Below are positions 38,388-42,957 of a DNA stretch of 42,957 nt, piece after piece (within the stretch, counting starts at the first letter, position 1; the number at the start of each line of letters is the position of its first letter). The stretch covers positions 1 through 42,957 of the forward strand of contig CAMWTX010000001.1 in the NCBI GenBank assembly GCA_947177315.1, given 5' to 3'. The notes beneath the pieces are model-generated. The model did no database searches, had not been told where the DNA came from, and saw only the letters and a list, made by a program, of their open reading frames with translations. Both the position numbers and the translations under genes were made by a program. The stretch is from an uncultured Bacteroidales bacterium (GTDB lineage: Bacteria > Bacteroidota > Bacteroidia > Bacteroidales > P3).

Positions 38388-38420
38388 AGAGGATGCTCCC
38401 AAGGCATCCTCTTTTTATTT
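38388..38420 (+). terminator. rho-independent terminator after tRNA-Lys
   Basis: AGAGGATGC / GCATCCTCT forms a 9-bp stem with a 7-nt loop, followed by TTTTTATTTT. Confidence 0.8.
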
Positions 38421-38433
38421 TAACGCTATTGCT

Positions 38434-39987
38434 ATGGAAACCTTATCGGCGGCCGACCAACGGCAACTCCAACACAAAGGCATTTCGCAGGAAGCCTTGC
38501 AGTTACAGTTAGACGGTTTCAAGACCGGTTTTCCCTTTGCCCGCCTGGTGGCGCCCGCTTCGGCAGGAAACGGGGTGGAAAGCTTTACGGCGGAAGAAAT
38601 GGAACGCTACCGCCGCCTGTACCGGGAAAAATCGGGAAGCGAAAAGATTCTCAAGTTCGTTCCCGCCTCGGGTGCCGCCACGCGCATGTTCAAGAGCCTC
38701 TACGCCTTTTGGCAGCAGTGCCGCCAGGACAGGCAGGCCGCGCCCGGTGCCGACGTGCAGGCTTTTTTCGACCACCTGCCGCGCTTTGCCTTCTATGCCG
38801 ACTTGGAACAGGCCGTTCTTAAGGCCACCGGCAAGCGTTTGCAAGAAGCCGTGGCGCAGCAAGACTACGCCAGCGTGCTGGAATGCCTGCTGGAAGAAAA
38901 AGGCCTCGGCTACGGGCATCTTCCCAAGGCCTTGCTGCTGTTTCACCGCTATGAAGACGGGCCGGTAACGGCCTTGGAGGAACACTTGGCCGAAGCGGCG
39001 CTCTATGCGGCCTCCGACGGGGTGTGCCGCCTGCATTTCACGCTCTCGCCCGAGCACAAGGCCGCCTTTGCCCAACGGCTCGGGAAGGTGCTTCCCACCT
39101 ACGAGAAACGCTACGGGGTGCGCTACATCATCCACACTTCCGAACAGAAGCCGAACACCGACACGGTGGCGGTTACCCCCGACAACCGGATTTTCCGCGA
39201 CCCGGACGGCAACATGGTGTTCCGCCCCGGCGGACACGGCGCGCTGATCGAGAATCTCAACGAGCAGGAGGCCGACATCATCTTTATCAAGAACATCGAC
39301 AACATCACCGTTTCTTCCCTGCGCGCCGACACCCAGGCCTATAAGGAACTGCTGGCGGGCGTGCTGGTGGAACGCCGCGAGGCCGTTTTCGCCATTCTCC
39401 GCCAAATCGAGGAAATCCAAAAACAGGGCGGCGCGGTTTCCGAAGCATTCTTGCGCGAAACCGAAGACTTTGCCCGCAAGCGCCTTTCCCTGCGCTTTTC
39501 CGAAAGTTTCAACCGGCTCGAACCTGCCGCCCGTCTGGAGGCCTTGCAAAAGGCGCTCGACCGCCCCATGCGCGTGTGCGGCGTGGTAAAGAACACCGGG
39601 GAACCGGGAGGCGGCCCGTTCTGGGTGCTTCCGCAGGGCGAGGAAGCCCCTTCCCTGCAGATTGTGGAATCCTCGCAGGTGGATATGGGGAACGCGGAAC
39701 AGAAACGGATTTTCGAGACTTCGGTTTTTTTTAACCCCGTAGATTTGATTTGCAGCCCTTACAACCACCGGCACGATAAATTTAACCTTCCGCAGTTTAT
39801 CGACCCGCAGACGGCCTTTATTTCGCTCAAATCGGTGCAGGGCACCGACATCAAGGCCATGGAGCTGCCCGGTTTGTGGAACGGGGCGATGGCGCGTTGG
39901 ATCACGCTGTTCGTGGAAGTGCCCCAGAGCGTGTTCACGCCCGTCAAGACGGTCAACGACCTGCTGCGTGCCCAGCACCAGGCATAG
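38434..39987 (+). CDS. conserved protein of unknown function (DUF4301-like, recalled from memory)
   Basis: 517-aa ORF with strong coding character. The N-terminal Q.GIS.E.L..QL..F..GFPF pattern and KFVPASGAATRMFK block match my recollection of the Bacteroidetes DUF4301 family. No search was run. Confidence 0.7.
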   Translation: METLSAADQRQLQHKGISQEALQLQLDGFKTGFPFARLVAPASAGNGVESFTAEEMERYRRLYREKSGSEKILKFVPASGAATRMFKSLYAFWQQCRQDRQAAPGADVQAFFDHLPRFAFYADLEQAVLKATGKRLQEAVAQQDYASVLECLLEEKGLGYGHLPKALLLFHRYEDGPVTALEEHLAEAALYAASDGVCRLHFTLSPEHKAAFAQRLGKVLPTYEKRYGVRYIIHTSEQKPNTDTVAVTPDNRIFRDPDGNMVFRPGGHGALIENLNEQEADIIFIKNIDNITVSSLRADTQAYKELLAGVLVERREAVFAILRQIEEIQKQGGAVSEAFLRETEDFARKRLSLRFSESFNRLEPAARLEALQKALDRPMRVCGVVKNTGEPGGGPFWVLPQGEEAPSLQIVESSQVDMGNAEQKRIFETSVFFNPVDLICSPYNHRHDKFNLPQFIDPQTAFISLKSVQGTDIKAMELPGLWNGAMARWITLFVEVPQSVFTPVKTVNDLLRAQHQA

Positions 39988-40033
39988 GCGCCGTGTCCTG
40001 TAAGCCACCACATATTAATATAATTTTTTAACA

Positions 40034-41395
40034 ATGAAAGACATAAAGAACTACATCCAGGAGAACAAGAACCGTTTTCTGGAAGAACTTTTCGGCCTGT
40101 TGCGCATTCCCTCCATCAGCAGCGAGGCCGCGCACAAGCCCGATATGGAAAAGGCGGCGGCGTATTGGAAGGCGCAGCTGCTCCAGGCCGGCGCCGACAG
40201 GGCCGAAGTGATGCCCACCGAGGGCAATCCGGTGGTGTACGGCGAAAAGCTCATCGACCCCAAGGCCAAGACCGTGCTGGTATATGGCCACTACGACGTG
40301 ATGCCGGTGGATCCGGTGGAACTGTGGAAAACCCGGCCTTTCGAGCCGCAGGTTATCGGCGACCGCCTCTACGGACGCGGCGCGAACGACGACAAGGGGC
40401 AGTCTTTCATGCACGCCAAGGCGTTCGAATACATGGTAAGGGAAAACTGCCTGCCGTGCAACGTCAAGTTCATGCTCGAAGGCGAGGAGGAAATCGGTTC
40501 GCCCTCGCTGGAGAAATGGTGCGCCGACCATAAGGACATGCTTAAAGCCGATGTGATTCTGGTTTCCGACACTTCGATGATTGCGCCCGACGTGCCCAGC
40601 ATCACCGTGGGGCTGCGCGGCCTGAGCTATGTGCAGGTAAGTGTCACCGGGCCGAACAAAGACCTCCATTCGGGCATTTTCGGCGGCGCGGTGGCCAACC
40701 CCGCCAACGTGCTGGCCGGGCTCATCGCGGGACTTATCGACGAAAACGGGCATATCACCGTGCCGGGCTTCTACGACGATGTGGTGGAAATCTCCGCCGC
40801 CGAACGGGCGGCCATGGCCAAGGCTCCCTTTGACGAAGCGGCTTACAGAAAGGCGCTGGATATAGAGGAAACGCAGGGCGAAAAAGGCTTTTCCACGATT
40901 GAACGCACAGGCATCCGCCCCTCGCTGGACGTGAACGGCATGTGGAGCGGCTATACCGGCGAAGGTGCCAAGACCGTGCTGCCTTCTACCGCGCACGCCA
41001 AGATCAGCATGCGGCTGGTGCCTAATCAGGATTGGGAAAAGATAGGCCGGCAGATTGCCGACTGCCTGCAGGAGTGCGCCCCCAAGAGCGTCAAGGTGGA
41101 AGTGGAGTTGCTGCACGGCGGGCAGGCCTACGGCGCCGATTTGCAGTCGGATGCCTACAAGGCTGCCGAACAGGCGTATATGGAGGTATATGGCAAGTTG
41201 CCCATCCCCACGCGCAGCGGCGGCAGCATTCCCATCATCGCGGCCTTCGAAAGGGTATTGGGTATCAAATCGCTTCTGATGGGCTTCGGCCTGGAAGCCG
41301 ACGCGATTCACTCGCCCAACGAAAGCTACCTGCTCGAAAACTTCTACCGCGGTATAGAAACCATCACCGCGTTCTACAAACATTTTGGGAAATAA
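40034..41395 (+). CDS. M20 family metallopeptidase (dipeptidase type)
   Basis: 453 aa with M20 signatures VLVYGHYDVMPVDP, RLYGRGANDDKGQ and MLEGEEEIGSPSL, plus C-terminal SGGSIP. Confidence 0.9.
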   Translation: MKDIKNYIQENKNRFLEELFGLLRIPSISSEAAHKPDMEKAAAYWKAQLLQAGADRAEVMPTEGNPVVYGEKLIDPKAKTVLVYGHYDVMPVDPVELWKTRPFEPQVIGDRLYGRGANDDKGQSFMHAKAFEYMVRENCLPCNVKFMLEGEEEIGSPSLEKWCADHKDMLKADVILVSDTSMIAPDVPSITVGLRGLSYVQVSVTGPNKDLHSGIFGGAVANPANVLAGLIAGLIDENGHITVPGFYDDVVEISAAERAAMAKAPFDEAAYRKALDIEETQGEKGFSTIERTGIRPSLDVNGMWSGYTGEGAKTVLPSTAHAKISMRLVPNQDWEKIGRQIADCLQECAPKSVKVEVELLHGGQAYGADLQSDAYKAAEQAYMEVYGKLPIPTRSGGSIPIIAAFERVLGIKSLLMGFGLEADAIHSPNESYLLENFYRGIETITAFYKHFGK

Positions 41396-41414
41396 AATAA
41401 CCTATCCACGAAGG

Positions 41415-41543
41415 AAATAACGGAATATAAATGGTTGGATGCAACGCCGCCGAGGGTGAACCCGAGGGAGCGTACTGAAGTACGTGACCGAGGCGTGAAT
41501 CCCGAAGGCAAGGCAGCAGACAGCCGTTTATATTCCGTTATTT
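41415..41543 (+). other. 129-nt imperfect palindrome, candidate structured RNA or long-hairpin terminator
   Basis: The perfect 17-bp outer arms AAATAACGGAATATAAA / TTTATATTCCGTTATTT extend to about 23 bp with G-U pairs. The interior pairs as a rod with an apical CGTAC-TGAA-GTACG hairpin (41471-41484). Most of the internal mismatches are tandem G-A/A-G. A U-rich tail follows on the + strand. Confidence 0.55.
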
Positions 41544-42848
41544 TTATTTTTCCCGGAAGAAAACTTTTACGGGAACTCCCGTGAAATCCCACAGCCGTCT
41601 TAGCTGGTTCTCCACAAAACGTTTGTAGGGATCCTTGACGTATTGCGGCAGGTTGCAGAAGAAGGCAAAGGCCGGATAGTTGCCCGGCAGCTGGGTGATA
41701 TACTTGATTTTTACCGTCTTTCCTTTGTAGATGGGCGGCGGTGTCTGCTTGAGGATGGGCAGCAGCGTGTCGTTCAGCTCCGAGGTGGAGATGCGCCGCG
41801 AGCGGTTCTCATATACCGTTTTGGCCATTTCCAGCACCTTGAAGATACGTTGCTTGTTAATCACCGAGGTAAACACCACCGGCACGTCGTTGTCGGGCGC
41901 CAGGCGTTCGCGCACCACGGCTTCGTATTTGTTGAGCGTGTTGTTCTCTTTCTGCACCAAATCCCATTTGTTCACCACGACCACCACGCCTTTGTTGTTG
42001 CGGCGGCAGAGACTGAAAAGGTTCAAATCCTGGGCCTCGATACCGCTCGAGGCATCGAGCATCAAGATACATACATCGCTGTTTTCGATGGCGCGGATGG
42101 AGCGCATCACCGAGTAGAACTCGATATTTTCGGTTACTTTCTGCTTGCGGCGGATGCCGGCGGTATCCACCAGATAGAAATCGAAGTCAAAGAGGTTGTA
42201 GCGGGTCAGCACCGTGTCGCGCGTGGTGCCGGCAATCGGGGTAACGATGTTGCGTTCCTGCCCGATAAAGGCGTTGATGATGGACGATTTGCCCACATTC
42301 GGACGGCCGATGACGGTAAGCCGCGGCAGGTGGTCGGTGGGTTCTTCCTTGGTGTCGTCCATTTGGCGCACTAACTCGTCCAAAAGCTCGCCCGTGCCGC
42401 CGCCGTTGGCCGCCGAAAGGGTAAAGAGCGTGTCGAAGCCGAGCGCGTAGAACTCAGCGGAGAGCGCCAGTTTGTCGGGGCTGTCTATCTTGTTCACCAC
42501 CAGGTGAACCGGTTTGTCGGTGCGCCGCAAAAGCCCCGCCACATCTTCGTCCATAGGCGTGATGCCTTCTTTGCCGTCCACCAGAAAGAGGATGATGTCG
42601 GCCTCGTCGATGGCCAGTTCCACCTGCTTGCGGATTTCGCGGTTAAAGGAATCTTCGTTGTCGAGCAGGTAACCGCCCGTGTCGATGACCGAAAACTCCT
42701 TGCCGTTCCAGTCGCCGGTGCCGTAGTTGCGGTCGCGCGTAACCCCGCTGGTTTCATCTACAATGGCGTCGCGGCTTTGGATAAGACGGTTAAACAGCGT
42801 GGATTTGCCTACGTTGGGCCTGCCCACAATGGCTACGATGTTGCGCAT
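41544..42848 (-). CDS. der: ribosome-associated GTPase Der (EngA)
   Basis: Two tandem GTPase domains with P-loops [14 protein letters not shown] and [14 protein letters not shown], plus a KH-like C-terminus. I prefer the start at MRNIVAIVG (42848) over the ORF-track start at 42881. Confidence 0.95.
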   Translation of the reverse strand: MRNIVAIVGRPNVGKSTLFNRLIQSRDAIVDETSGVTRDRNYGTGDWNGKEFSVIDTGGYLLDNEDSFNREIRKQVELAIDEADIILFLVDGKEGITPMDEDVAGLLRRTDKPVHLVVNKIDSPDKLALSAEFYALGFDTLFTLSAANGGGTGELLDELVRQMDDTKEEPTDHLPRLTVIGRPNVGKSSIINAFIGQERNIVTPIAGTTRDTVLTRYNLFDFDFYLVDTAGIRRKQKVTENIEFYSVMRSIRAIENSDVCILMLDASSGIEAQDLNLFSLCRRNNKGVVVVVNKWDLVQKENNTLNKYEAVVRERLAPDNDVPVVFTSVINKQRIFKVLEMAKTVYENRSRRISTSELNDTLLPILKQTPPPIYKGKTVKIKYITQLPGNYPAFAFFCNLPQYVKDPYKRFVENQLRRLWDFTGVPVKVFFREK

Positions 42849-42863
42849 GGCTCGTGGTTTTAC

Positions 42864-42898
42864 AAAAAAAGGCTCGCCCAAATCTTGTGCAAGCCTTT
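42864..42898 (-). terminator. rho-independent terminator downstream of the tRNA-Met gene
   Basis: The minus strand reads AAAGGCTTGC ... GCGAGCCTTT, a roughly 10-bp stem with one G-U pair, followed by T7. It ends 15 nt before the der ATG. Confidence 0.65.
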
Positions 42899-42906
42899 CT
42901 GCTTAG

Positions 42907-42957
42907 TAGCGGGGGCAGGATTCGAACCTACGACCTCCGGGTTATGAGCCCGACGAG
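42907..42957 (-). tRNA. tRNA-Met (anticodon CAU), initiator-like, 3' portion only (runs off the window)
   Basis: The minus strand reads CTCGTCGGGCTCATAACCCGGAGGTCGTAGGTTCGAATCCTGCCCCCGCTA. This is near-identical in layout to E. coli tRNA-fMet. It has three G-C pairs closing the anticodon stem (GGG/CCC), a CTCATAA loop, and T arm GTAGG-TTCGAAT-CCTGC. Confidence 0.85.

Noticed and set aside
38091-38402. A 103-aa minus-strand ORF and a 96-aa plus-strand ORF over 38133-38423.
   Set aside because: Both overlap the terminator, the tRNA-Lys gene and its flanks, and the tRNA cloverleaf fully explains the region.
41374-41592. A 72-aa minus-strand ORF covering the 129-nt palindrome.
   Set aside because: It overlaps the der 3' end and the M20 3' end and has no start context. 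Its reading frame runs through a structure better explained as RNA or a repeat.
1-42957. CRISPR arrays, transposases/IS elements, integrases, toxin-antitoxin pairs or known defence genes.
   Set aside because: I found no regularly spaced direct repeats and no ORF with recombinase, nuclease or defence motifs on either strand.

Overview
The window reads as a draft or metagenomic contig end from a Bacteroidota (Bacteroidales-type) chromosome. Support for that placement: six proteins with T9SS-type C-terminal sorting domains, TAnnTTTG -7 promoter boxes upstream of several genes, and the overall gene content. No search was run, so the taxon is inference. Nt 1-49 are an Illumina Nextera i5 adapter, not genome. 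Main blocks in order: (1) 33-4812, two paralogous CXXCH + PD40-propeller lipoproteins flanking a multi-pass membrane protein, all of unknown function. This is my best candidate for an undescribed system. (2) 4816-13752, minus strand: mutS, mnmG, ybeY and a 1171-aa membrane-anchored coiled-coil protein, with two perfect consensus parS (ParB-binding) palindromes bracketing ybeY. (3) 14313-17867, pyruvate:ferredoxin oxidoreductase. (4) 18075-38085, a roughly 20-kb run of six large secreted proteins with T9SS C-terminal domains: a GLUG/Big_2 giant, an operon of two CxxC Omp28-like proteins plus an S8 protease, and two FN3-rich giants. A TPR-TM-LuxR regulator is embedded in it. (5) 38310-42957: tRNA-Lys(UUU), a DUF4301-like protein, an M20 dipeptidase, a 129-nt rod-shaped imperfect palindrome with systematic tandem G-A mismatches (candidate structured RNA), der, and a partial initiator-type tRNA-Met at the edge. 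I saw no CRISPR array, transposase, integrase or recognisable defence gene. All long antisense ORFs in the track are judged to be shadows.
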